Positions 25,050 to 34,015 of a stretch of 64,000 bases of DNA are shown in pieces. Within the stretch, counting starts at the first letter, position 1, and each line of letters opens with the position of its first letter. Origin of the DNA: a virus (lineage: Duplodnaviria; Caudoviricetes). Both the position numbers and the translations under genes were made by a program. The notes under the pieces were generated by a model. It worked only from the letters and a program-made list of their open reading frames with translations, was not told where the DNA came from and searched no databases. Location of the stretch: positions 1 to 64,000 of the IMG/VR virus record IMGVR_UViG_3300031992_000079; one strand, given 5' to 3'.

Positions 25050-27655
25050 GTTGGTGGAATGAAGAGAAAACTTATGTAAATGTCTCTTCAGCAGCATGTA
25101 TAGACTGGTGGGATGTTTCCTCTGGTTTATTAGGTGCTGTAATGCAACCTATCTTAAATGAGGGGGTTGAGTGGATGGATGGCATCCAAGATGCTGCACT
25201 CAATTCCCCTTATTGTACATGGCACCATTTAGCTAAAAAGAACACTAAGTCTGAGAAGCTTGGAAAGGTTATTGGTACTGACTTAACCAATGGTCTTTCC
25301 AAGAATTTCATAGAATCTTATATTAGATTAAAAGTATCTAATATCTCTTCTGTAGAATCCTTTGGTATTAATGCCTTCCTTCCTCTGGCTAATGTCTACA
25401 ATGAACTGGTAGACAACTATTCTTTTGACTATACCAGTGGCAGACATACTACTCTTGATGCTACTGGCTTACATCCAGTAATCAAAGAATATGTAGGTAC
25501 TATTCAATACCAGAACCAAACTCTCTATGTATCTACTGTAGGTTATGACAATAGAACCAATAAGCAGTGTTACATCTATGCCTATAAGGTAGAAGAACAT
25601 GAAGGTACCAGAATGGCTTCTAATTCTGGTAGTGCTTCATATCCTATTTCTTATACCTACACTACCTTTACTGAAGTAAAGATACCTCTGGCTTTAGAAT
25701 GGACTCAGGATGAGTTTCTGTATATCTCTTACTATGACCATGATGGTGTTAGAAGAGTCTATGCAGAGAATATAGTTAATGCCAGTGACATTCTGAAGAA
25801 TGAATATAAAACCAAGAGAGATATTCAATTCCCTACCTTAGTAGCCAGGAAAGATGCTAAGCCAGTAAGTACATCAAACCCTGAGTTATATGAAGAAACT
25901 CTAAGAGCAAGCCGAAGGCTTAGACTTGAATGGGAGGATATGGTAGCTCAGTTAAATGGAGATTTATCATCTCTTAATGAGCCTACTGAAAAAGATAGGA
26001 AATACAGTGAATCTATAGATGATAAATGCAAGAGCATCTATACCACTCTGGCTGTAGATATTACTGCTAATAGCCCTTATGTTAAGGAATACCTTTATAG
26101 ACTCTTTAGAGCAGTATATTTCAAGAACTCTGGTTTTGTATTAACACCTAATACTGATGGTGGAGAATTAACTTACTCCTGTCAGGATTATCATCATTAC
26201 ATCAAGTATGGAAAGATTACCTATCAGAAGCATACTGGAAAGATATGCAATGTAAGCAGATATGCTGCTAAGTCTGGTAAGCAGACTGAGATAAAAGAGA
26301 TAAGTACTGGTAATAGTTCTATTAAGATACAAATAACTAAGACCTATTTATTCCTCTATCATCAAACAACTAAAGATACCTACTATGAAATTACAGTAGA
26401 GAATCCAGTACATTACACAGATGCTTTTGACCAGGATAAGGAAACTTCTTTACCAGAGTTTGATAATACTAAGCACTTCACCAAAGCTGAGATTAAGAAG
26501 ATATTAGCTGAGAGAGAAGGTGAAGATGATGACAGTGAAGAAGATGATCCTTTAGGAGACCCTACTGAATTTGTAGTACCTCTCTATCCTGTTATTGTAA
26601 GACAGATGGGTTGTATGAGAGGTGGTGCTTTAATTCAGATAGCACAGAGAAATGTCTGGGAGACAAAGCAAAAGGTAAAAAAGAAATGGTGGCAGTCTAC
26701 TGCCTTTATGATTATTAGATACATTATCTACATAATCATCATAACCATTAATACCATATACAGTGGAGGTACTGCTACTGCTCCAACATTTGAAGCACTT
26801 TCAGCAATAGAAGTATTATTCCAGGTACTTATTTCTCTTGCTATCAAAATAGCAGTAAAAATCATCTGTAAGATATTTAAGATAGATGCTAATACTGAAT
26901 CTTTTATTAATGCCATTATTGATACTGCTAGGATGATGTATGCAGTAAGTTTAGATAATTCAGCAGTAGAAGCAGCCAGTAAAACAGGTGAGAGTGTGGC
27001 AGGTGCTGGTTTAGGTGGTTCTTCTATGGCTCTTGCTACATCAATAGGTAATAGTCTTGGAAGTATGATAATTAATAAGAATTTTACCTTCCAAGGCTTC
27101 TGTGACATGTTAGGAGGTATTGCTACTCAAGGATTAGCAAGTATAGGTAATCAAGCCTTTAGTGGTGCTATGTCTGCTGCTACTGCTATTGCTGCTAATG
27201 CTTCTATGGTTACTGTATTTACTCTTGCTACATCTCCTAGATTCTATAATGCCTTAAACCAGAGAAACTTCTTAGCAGCAATAATGGAAGGAATGATGGC
27301 TATTGCTTCTAGTTTCTATCTGGCTGACAGTTACTATACCAGACTCTCTCTAGCAGGTACTTCAGCAAGTAAAAGTATAGCAAACTTAAATCCTACTAAA
27401 GCAATGCTAGAAGAATTTAAGAATGGTGCTAGTAATGCTTTGAATAGTTTCTCTGCTGGTAGGATGCAAGACTTACAGGTACAAATGGATGAGTATGGAG
27501 AGAAGAGTAAAAAGCTATCTCATCAGAATGCCAACTTAGAGAAAGTAAACAGACTTATGACTGCTCATAATAACCAAGCTGTACTCAGGATGTTAGTAAA
27601 CCAGAGTTACTATGAGAATCTTAATGAACTGGCAAGGTTACAATCTTTTGCTTAA
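25046..27655 (+). CDS. Large structural protein (N4 gp53-like)
   Basis: About 870 aa, KKKWWQS followed by hydrophobic segments; synteny. Confidence 0.7.
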   Translation: MSWWNEEKTYVNVSSAACIDWWDVSSGLLGAVMQPILNEGVEWMDGIQDAALNSPYCTWHHLAKKNTKSEKLGKVIGTDLTNGLSKNFIESYIRLKVSNISSVESFGINAFLPLANVYNELVDNYSFDYTSGRHTTLDATGLHPVIKEYVGTIQYQNQTLYVSTVGYDNRTNKQCYIYAYKVEEHEGTRMASNSGSASYPISYTYTTFTEVKIPLALEWTQDEFLYISYYDHDGVRRVYAENIVNASDILKNEYKTKRDIQFPTLVARKDAKPVSTSNPELYEETLRASRRLRLEWEDMVAQLNGDLSSLNEPTEKDRKYSESIDDKCKSIYTTLAVDITANSPYVKEYLYRLFRAVYFKNSGFVLTPNTDGGELTYSCQDYHHYIKYGKITYQKHTGKICNVSRYAAKSGKQTEIKEISTGNSSIKIQITKTYLFLYHQTTKDTYYEITVENPVHYTDAFDQDKETSLPEFDNTKHFTKAEIKKILAEREGEDDDSEEDDPLGDPTEFVVPLYPVIVRQMGCMRGGALIQIAQRNVWETKQKVKKKWWQSTAFMIIRYIIYIIIITINTIYSGGTATAPTFEALSAIEVLFQVLISLAIKIAVKIICKIFKIDANTESFINAIIDTARMMYAVSLDNSAVEAASKTGESVAGAGLGGSSMALATSIGNSLGSMIINKNFTFQGFCDMLGGIATQGLASIGNQAFSGAMSAATAIAANASMVTVFTLATSPRFYNALNQRNFLAAIMEGMMAIASSFYLADSYYTRLSLAGTSASKSIANLNPTKAMLEEFKNGASNALNSFSAGRMQDLQVQMDEYGEKSKKLSHQNANLEKVNRLMTAHNNQAVLRMLVNQSYYENLNELARLQSFA

Positions 27656-27708
27656 AAGGTTGTATAAATAATACAGAATTGCTTACAAAATAGCAGTTTA
27701 TTACAGGA

Positions 27709-28368
27709 GTGAATATGGCTTATTACAACGGAGCATTTGATAGTAACTACTGGAGTAGAGGTGGTACTGGTATAAGGAACAGTGATGGTTCCTATTATGG
27801 TTCCTATTACCCTACAGATTACATTGACCCTTTAGCTGGTATAAACAGAGAGTATAGATGGAAGTGGTCTCCTGCACAGTCTACTCCTCCTCAGGTATCT
27901 ACTCCTACAGTATCTACACCTCAAGTTGCTACACCTGCTGCACCTACAGTACCTCAAGCTGGTACTCTTCCTCAGGTACAGCCTAGACAGCACATGGTAA
28001 ATAATCCTTATTACTATGGCACCTATGATAGGAATGACCCTAATATGGTTAAGGCTATGGGAAATGCTATGACTACTGGGGGTAGTTTACAGGATGCTTA
28101 TGCTAATCAATTAGGTGGTGATAAACCTGGTTTATTTGAATCTATAGGTAATGGCTTATTAGATAACTTTACATCTAATCCTCTTGGCTTTGCAGGAGGA
28201 TTATTTAATATGTGGCAAGGTTTCCAGAACTATAAGTACTTAAAGGATAATCTAGCATTACAGAAAGATGCTTATGAAACCAATAAGCAGGTTCTCTTAG
28301 ATAATCAGAGAAGAGCTAATGAGCAATGGGATATGCTCAAGAGACAGAGAGCTTCTTCTAGCTTATAG
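27709..28368 (+). CDS. Putative ejection protein (N4 gp52-like)
   Basis: C-terminal G..GGLFN.WQG..NY...K..LA.QK pattern; Cys-free. Confidence 0.55.
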   Translation: MNMAYYNGAFDSNYWSRGGTGIRNSDGSYYGSYYPTDYIDPLAGINREYRWKWSPAQSTPPQVSTPTVSTPQVATPAAPTVPQAGTLPQVQPRQHMVNNPYYYGTYDRNDPNMVKAMGNAMTTGGSLQDAYANQLGGDKPGLFESIGNGLLDNFTSNPLGFAGGLFNMWQGFQNYKYLKDNLALQKDAYETNKQVLLDNQRRANEQWDMLKRQRASSSL

Positions 28369-28375
28369 GTGATAT

Positions 28376-29197
28376 ATGGCTGATTACTGGATGTATAGGG
28401 ATAATCCCTTTAATGTAAGTCCTAATCTATCTCCGGGAGGATTACCTGGTTTATTACAGCCTATAGATACATATCAAATGCCTAAGCAGCAATCTACTCC
28501 TGTTACTGCTAAGCCAAGGCAACAGTATGATTATCTTAAGGATGTTCAGACATATCATCCTATGATTACAGGTGGGTACAATGTACCTGCTCCTATTCCT
28601 AGTACTACACCTGCTTCTGCTCCTGTAACACCTCCACAAACACAAACATTAGATACAGTGTTACAACCAGCAAGAGCTAATGCTGGTTTAGGTGAAGTAA
28701 TTGACTTAGATAACTTAGCTAAGAGTACTGTATTTATAGACCCTAAGACAGGTAGATATACCTCTGATAATGCTGCTGCTAGATACTTTATAAATAGAGA
28801 ATCCAGTGGTAAAGCTAATGCTGAGAATCAAGGACATTATGGTTTATATCAAATAGGTCCTAGTTATTGGGGTAGTTATGGTGATAAATCCATTGATTAT
28901 GTAAAAGGAGCATTAGACCCTGTTACAGCACATCAGGCATTTATTAATGGTACTACAGCAGCAGTTAAAGCATTACAGAAATGGGGAGTAGACCCTACTA
29001 TTGGTAATGCCTGGATTATTCATAATCAAGGTATTAATGGTGCTGAGAAGCTTTTCTTAAATCCTGATGCTGCACTTACAGGTACAGCTTATACAAATGC
29101 TATACATAATCTGGGAAAGAAACAGGCTGCTTATTATACAGCACATCCTGAACTGCTAACTGGTAGAGCATTTATAGACTACTGGAATGGCAGATAA
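28376..29197 (+). CDS. Virion-associated lytic transglycosylase-domain protein
   Basis: INRESSGKANA...YGLYQIG SLT motif, ..HNQG; Pro-rich N-terminus. Confidence 0.7.
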   Translation: MADYWMYRDNPFNVSPNLSPGGLPGLLQPIDTYQMPKQQSTPVTAKPRQQYDYLKDVQTYHPMITGGYNVPAPIPSTTPASAPVTPPQTQTLDTVLQPARANAGLGEVIDLDNLAKSTVFIDPKTGRYTSDNAAARYFINRESSGKANAENQGHYGLYQIGPSYWGSYGDKSIDYVKGALDPVTAHQAFINGTTAAVKALQKWGVDPTIGNAWIIHNQGINGAEKLFLNPDAALTGTAYTNAIHNLGKKQAAYYTAHPELLTGRAFIDYWNGR

Positions 29198-29294
29198 ATT
29201 TATAAATTATGCTTGCATTTATAAAATCTATTGTTCTAATTTTCACCTGTACTCTAAGTACAAACCCTATCTTTTAATTTTGTAAGGAAAATAT

Positions 29295-29960
29295 ATGTCT
29301 GACGTTGAGCATACATATGTTGACACTAACAGTGGTTTAGGTGGTCCTGCTTTAGGTGCTGGTTTTGGTGGCTTAATCGGTTCTTGGTTTGGTCAAGGCA
29401 TGAATGGTGGTTGGGGAGGTAATAATAACTGGGCTAATAATACCTTCTTAGCAAATCAGCTGAGTGCTATTCAGTCTCAGGCTGTATCTAACGGTTTAGC
29501 TAATCAGCAAGCTACTAACAGTGCAGCACAGACTGTTACTGAGGCTGTAAACTCTAATGGCAGAGATACTAACAATGCCATCTACCAGTCCAACTTAGCC
29601 AATGTACAGGGTCAGGGTAATACTCAGTTAGGTATTTCTAAGCTGGGTACAGACTTTGTTACTGCTGTTATGGGATTAGGTGCTAATCTGGCTCAGGCTA
29701 TTGCAGGTGTTAATCAAAATATCACCAACCAAGGTTATGAAAGCAGACTGTCTCAACAGCAATTAGCACTGCAACTCACTCAGCAACACAATGAGCTGCT
29801 TAAAGCTATTGATAAGGAAGGTTGTGCTAACAGAGAGTTACAGCGTCAGATTCAGACTGAGGCTATTTCTGGTGCTTTGGCTGATGCTAAGGCTCAGAAT
29901 GCTATTCTGTTACAGAATCAGTATCTTGTATCTCAATTAAAACCTGCTACTACCGCTTAA
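29295..29960 (+). CDS. Gly-zipper, Asn/Gln-rich coiled-coil protein
   Basis: GGPALGAGFGGLIGSWFG followed by a Q/N/A-rich coil; ends QNQYLVSQLKP. Confidence 0.7.
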   Translation: MSDVEHTYVDTNSGLGGPALGAGFGGLIGSWFGQGMNGGWGGNNNWANNTFLANQLSAIQSQAVSNGLANQQATNSAAQTVTEAVNSNGRDTNNAIYQSNLANVQGQGNTQLGISKLGTDFVTAVMGLGANLAQAIAGVNQNITNQGYESRLSQQQLALQLTQQHNELLKAIDKEGCANRELQRQIQTEAISGALADAKAQNAILLQNQYLVSQLKPATTA

Positions 29961-29986
29961 TCCTCTCGGTGTTGTTTGTCATTGTG

Positions 29987-30007
29987 GGGGACTCCGGTCC
30001 CCTTTTT
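29987..30007 (+). terminator. Intrinsic terminator
   Basis: GGGGAC-tccg-GTCCCC followed by TTTTT. Confidence 0.75.
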
Positions 30008-30017
30008 AGGATAAAAG

Positions 30018-30281
30018 ATGCTGATAATCAGTTGTAAGAAAGATTCTGTAGAAGACTTAGAAGATATTGAGTTTATGCACAAGTGTCATGAAGTAGATGT
30101 ATCTAAGCCAGCTACATGGAAGAGGTTTCCCAAAGACCTTAATGGTGCTAATGCTATTCTGAAAATGGAATATGAAGAATTAGCTAATGCCAAAACTATG
30201 GAAGATTGGGAGGAAAACTTGTATCATCTATCTGTAGCATGTTTGCATGCTTGGCGTATCTATAACGATAAAGGAATATAA
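30018..30281 (+). CDS. Small helical hypothetical protein
   Basis: PATW...ILKMEYEEL..A...ENL.HL..ACL. Confidence 0.65.
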   Translation: MLIISCKKDSVEDLEDIEFMHKCHEVDVSKPATWKRFPKDLNGANAILKMEYEELANAKTMEDWEENLYHLSVACLHAWRIYNDKGI

Positions 30282-30283
30282 AT

Positions 30284-31798
30284 ATGGCGGATACTATTGT
30301 TTATGACCAAAATGGTACAAGAATTGTAGTAGATTCTAAAGGAAATGCTTGGTCTATTAAGGGAAATCAAAGAAATAAGCTTCCTAGAGGTAAACTGCGT
30401 GAATATGCTAATGCTGTTAAAAACAATCCAAGTGAAGCAAATAGAGCGAAGCTTGGTCAGGCTTTAGCAACTAGAGGGGGGGCCGGGGGTCCCCTTACAA
30501 GTAATAACTCCCCTACTCCTCCTAATTCTCCTAATGGTAGTCCTAGTCCTAAATCTTTAGATAATGTCCTAAAAGCATCTTCAGCATCAAAACCAAATTT
30601 TGTTATTGTTGGTGAGCCCTATGGGGATAATCATGGACGCTTAGTAGGTAAACCTTATTCTACTAATTACCCTGTTCCTGCTAGAGGGACTTCTATTGTT
30701 CCTGCAAATGGTGTAGCAGCAGCAGAAGCAGCACCTAATTTCACTATGAATGGTGAACCTTATAGCAGTGAGCCTAACTTCCGTACAGTAGGAAAACCAT
30801 ATACTCCAACAAGTCTTCCAGCAGAGTATGTTGGAACTGATGTAACTCCCTATGTAAATAATGCAACAGCAAGTGCAGCTCAAAGAGGATTATTTGAGAA
30901 ATGGTTCCCTAGGTTAGCTGTAGCAGGAGAGACATATGGATATTTCAATCCTGATGATTTAGAAGCTATTGCTAATGGTGTGAATCCAGATGATATACAT
31001 CTAAACACTAATAAAATAGCAAATAGCATGGCAGGAGGCGGTGTATTTGGTGCTGGTTTAGGTGCTTTACAAGGAGCACTTGCTGGTACTGGTGCCGGAG
31101 CTGGTGCATTAGGGGGATTAACAGCAGGTGCTACTGCTGGACTTGGCTTAGGTGCTGCTGGACTTGGTGGATATGCTCTTGGTAGAGCCGTTGATAATGC
31201 TACTGGTGGAGCACTTTCATCTGGGATGAGTAGAGCTAGCGATTGGGCTACTGGCTTAGATGAAGTATATGATAACCAGAAAAAGGCTCTAACATCTTCA
31301 GCAACTACTCCTGAATATTTAAGACAAGTAAAATGGCTTAACCAAAGAAATGACCTAATGAAGAAGTATGGTATTTCTAGAATGGAAGCTAACGACATTA
31401 TGGAAGGTCGTAGACAGCTTCCTTCTACTACTACTACTTCTGAAGAAACTACAGGTACTAGTGTAGATACTTCTGCACCTGCTCAAGAAGCCACTGTAGA
31501 ATCAGCAGCAACAACATCTACTACTCCTGCTACTACCACTACTCTTACTCCTGCACCTGCAAGAAGAAGGAGACAAGCAGCTTCTCCTATGGAAACTGCA
31601 ATAGCAACTCCTTCACCTAGAGAGCAATTAATGGCTAGAAGAGCAGCAGCATTAGAAGCAGCTAGAGCACAACAACAGCAAGCAGCAGCACAGTATGCAG
31701 CACTTAATGCTCCTAAACCTGGCTTTAATCCTTCTGGGTATGCTACTGGGCATGAAGCTTATTATGACCCTTATAAGAGTCAATTATTATTTAGGTGA
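30284..31798 (+). CDS. Putative internal/ejection protein
   Basis: Gly/Ala-rich membrane-type segment, Pro/Thr-rich linkers, Cys-free. Confidence 0.55.
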   Translation: MADTIVYDQNGTRIVVDSKGNAWSIKGNQRNKLPRGKLREYANAVKNNPSEANRAKLGQALATRGGAGGPLTSNNSPTPPNSPNGSPSPKSLDNVLKASSASKPNFVIVGEPYGDNHGRLVGKPYSTNYPVPARGTSIVPANGVAAAEAAPNFTMNGEPYSSEPNFRTVGKPYTPTSLPAEYVGTDVTPYVNNATASAAQRGLFEKWFPRLAVAGETYGYFNPDDLEAIANGVNPDDIHLNTNKIANSMAGGGVFGAGLGALQGALAGTGAGAGALGGLTAGATAGLGLGAAGLGGYALGRAVDNATGGALSSGMSRASDWATGLDEVYDNQKKALTSSATTPEYLRQVKWLNQRNDLMKKYGISRMEANDIMEGRRQLPSTTTTSEETTGTSVDTSAPAQEATVESAATTSTTPATTTTLTPAPARRRRQAASPMETAIATPSPREQLMARRAAALEAARAQQQQAAAQYAALNAPKPGFNPSGYATGHEAYYDPYKSQLLFR

Positions 31799-31804
31799 TG
31801 ACTT

Positions 31805-33313
31805 ATGAATTTCTCTGCACCTCAAGTACAAGGTACTCTTGATCCATACCAGTATAGCCATGCTCTTGCTTGGCTTGCTAATACTAACAGGTATGATGGT
31901 ATTACTAAGTGGTTAGAAGACCAAGGTAAGAGTATTGCTGATAGGAATGCTATTGAAGCACAGGATTATTTTAAGAATCTCAGTCTTAATGACATTACCA
32001 AAGCTAAAGAGCAAGGCAGAGATATTCTTAAGGACTATGCTAAAGATAGATGGTTCTTTGACCCTACTAATGCTGCTGTAAGGCAAGCAAGAGATACTCG
32101 TTCTCAAGAAGAATCTGATTATGCTTTAGATGAGTTCAAGAAGCAGTTAGTTAAAGAGATGAACTCTGATAATGCTAAAGGAGGAGATACTAAGAGAATA
32201 TGGGATACTCTTGGTTTTAGGAATAGAAAAGCAGAAGAGTATCAGACTGCTGAAGATGCTTTACAGGATGCTTGGATTAAGAGATATAAAGATAACTTAA
32301 TGGCTCAAGCAGGTAATGCTTATCTACAAGACCCTACTGGTGCATTAGCAGCAGAACAATACCAGAAAGCTCTTAATGATAATAATATCTATAAGCTCTC
32401 TGCTGGTGACTTAAACCAAGAGTCAGTTAAACCCTATTTAACCAGAGCTGCTGATGAACAAGTTAATGATGTAGCTAGGAGATTAGCTGCATCTAATGAT
32501 ATAAGTATGCAAGACTTAGAAGGCTATAACAGAGGAGCTGCTATGTATGCTCCTTATGCCTCTCCTGAAGCATTACAGAGACTTACTGGAGAAGTAGCAA
32601 GAAGAAAGGGTGGATTAGTTAATCAGGCTATACAGGAAGTATATAGTCAACTGTCTCAAGACCCTCAGTTTAGAGCAGAGACAGAGAAGCTTGGTTTCCA
32701 GCATACAATGCTTAATTATATTATTCCTGCTGTTGCTAATAAGATTGGTGTTACTCCTGAAGAAGTAATGAGAATACATCAGAATGATGTTAGTGCTAGA
32801 AGTGCATATCTTGGTAGCATGACACCAAGCCAAGGATATGGTGAAATGGTTCAAGCTAGAACAGATTTTGAAAATGTAAGAGATGCTAACAAAGAAAAGT
32901 ATGGAGGTGTATATGATAACGTCTATGGTAATACTCGAGTAGACTTTGGTAATGATAATGAAAAAATACATACCAGTAATTTTAGAGAAAAAGCAAATCA
33001 AGCTTTTAGGAATAGAGGCCTTACTGGTTCATTTGAAAGAATTGGTCGTTTACTTGGAAGGTCTAATTCTGCAAATCAAATAGGTTATCAGATATTAACT
33101 ACATTTATGTTGCAACATGGAGCATATGACCCTGATGCAATTATTGCAGCCATAAATGATGGTAATAATCCAATATCTAGGCAACTAGAAGAGTATGCTC
33201 AACAAATTGCTAAGCAAATAACAGCAGAAAAGAAGTATAAACAAGCTCAAGATGCTTATGAAAAGAGCAAAATTTATATGATGGATGCTAATTACATTAG
33301 TCCTAGATATTGA
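31805..33313 (+). CDS. Putative internal/ejection protein
   Basis: Helical, Cys-free, upstream of vRNAP (N4 gp51 position). Confidence 0.55.
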   Translation: MNFSAPQVQGTLDPYQYSHALAWLANTNRYDGITKWLEDQGKSIADRNAIEAQDYFKNLSLNDITKAKEQGRDILKDYAKDRWFFDPTNAAVRQARDTRSQEESDYALDEFKKQLVKEMNSDNAKGGDTKRIWDTLGFRNRKAEEYQTAEDALQDAWIKRYKDNLMAQAGNAYLQDPTGALAAEQYQKALNDNNIYKLSAGDLNQESVKPYLTRAADEQVNDVARRLAASNDISMQDLEGYNRGAAMYAPYASPEALQRLTGEVARRKGGLVNQAIQEVYSQLSQDPQFRAETEKLGFQHTMLNYIIPAVANKIGVTPEEVMRIHQNDVSARSAYLGSMTPSQGYGEMVQARTDFENVRDANKEKYGGVYDNVYGNTRVDFGNDNEKIHTSNFREKANQAFRNRGLTGSFERIGRLLGRSNSANQIGYQILTTFMLQHGAYDPDAIIAAINDGNNPISRQLEEYAQQIAKQITAEKKYKQAQDAYEKSKIYMMDANYISPRY

Positions 33314-33948
33314 TAAAAGGAGGAAACATGGAAGCATTTACATGGGGTGATTTATTAAAACCAGTTGGTAATGCTGCTGGTGATGCTTGGGGACAAACTA
33401 AAGAATTATTTAGTGACCCCATACTACTTGCCAGTGTATTTAATCCTTTTACTCAAGGTCTGGCATTTAGAGAAGCAAATAGTAGACATCAAAAAAATAA
33501 AGACTTAGCTAAATATGTTGAAATGGCTGCTCCCTTCAAGGAAGACCCAGAAAAATTTAAAGAGTACTATGAAAGAGCAGTTAAGAAGTATGGTAAAGAA
33601 CAGGTAGATAAAGATATAAAGAAAGGTATTTCTCCTAAAGATCTCTTAGATACTCAGCTTCTTTATCATGGTTCTCCTGAATATAGAAGTGATTATAAGA
33701 ATAAAGAATTAGACCCTTATGGTAGACCTGCTTATGCTATGCCTAATTATGGTGCTGGTTTAAGTCCTGAGAATGTAACAGCACTCATGGACATGTACGA
33801 AGCAAAGGACCAAGCAGCAGCAGAAGACAATGCTAGAAAAGAATACTTGATGAATCTGGTTAATAGCTTCGCTCCTGCTAAGAGAGACTTTAACATTACT
33901 CCTCAACTCTCTAATCTGAAACTTTATGAAGGTATATTTGGCAAGTAG
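33310..33948 (+). CDS. Putative internal virion protein
   Basis: Cys-free ORF immediately before vRNAP. Confidence 0.5.
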   Translation: MIKGGNMEAFTWGDLLKPVGNAAGDAWGQTKELFSDPILLASVFNPFTQGLAFREANSRHQKNKDLAKYVEMAAPFKEDPEKFKEYYERAVKKYGKEQVDKDIKKGISPKDLLDTQLLYHGSPEYRSDYKNKELDPYGRPAYAMPNYGAGLSPENVTALMDMYEAKDQAAAEDNARKEYLMNLVNSFAPAKRDFNITPQLSNLKLYEGIFGK

Positions 33949-33951
33949 TAT

Positions 33952-34015
33952 TTGACTTTTACAAAATCCTTTCTTTAGACTCCCTGCTAATTTACTACAG
34001 GGAGTCTTTCTTTTT
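33952..34015 (+). promoter_or_regulatory. Overlapping sigma70-like promoter, terminator hairpin and RBS of vRNAP
   Basis: TTGACT-N18-TAGACT; AGACTCCCTG/CAGGGAGTCT 10-bp stem (33977-34007) plus T-tract; GGGAG lies in the 3' arm. Confidence 0.6.
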
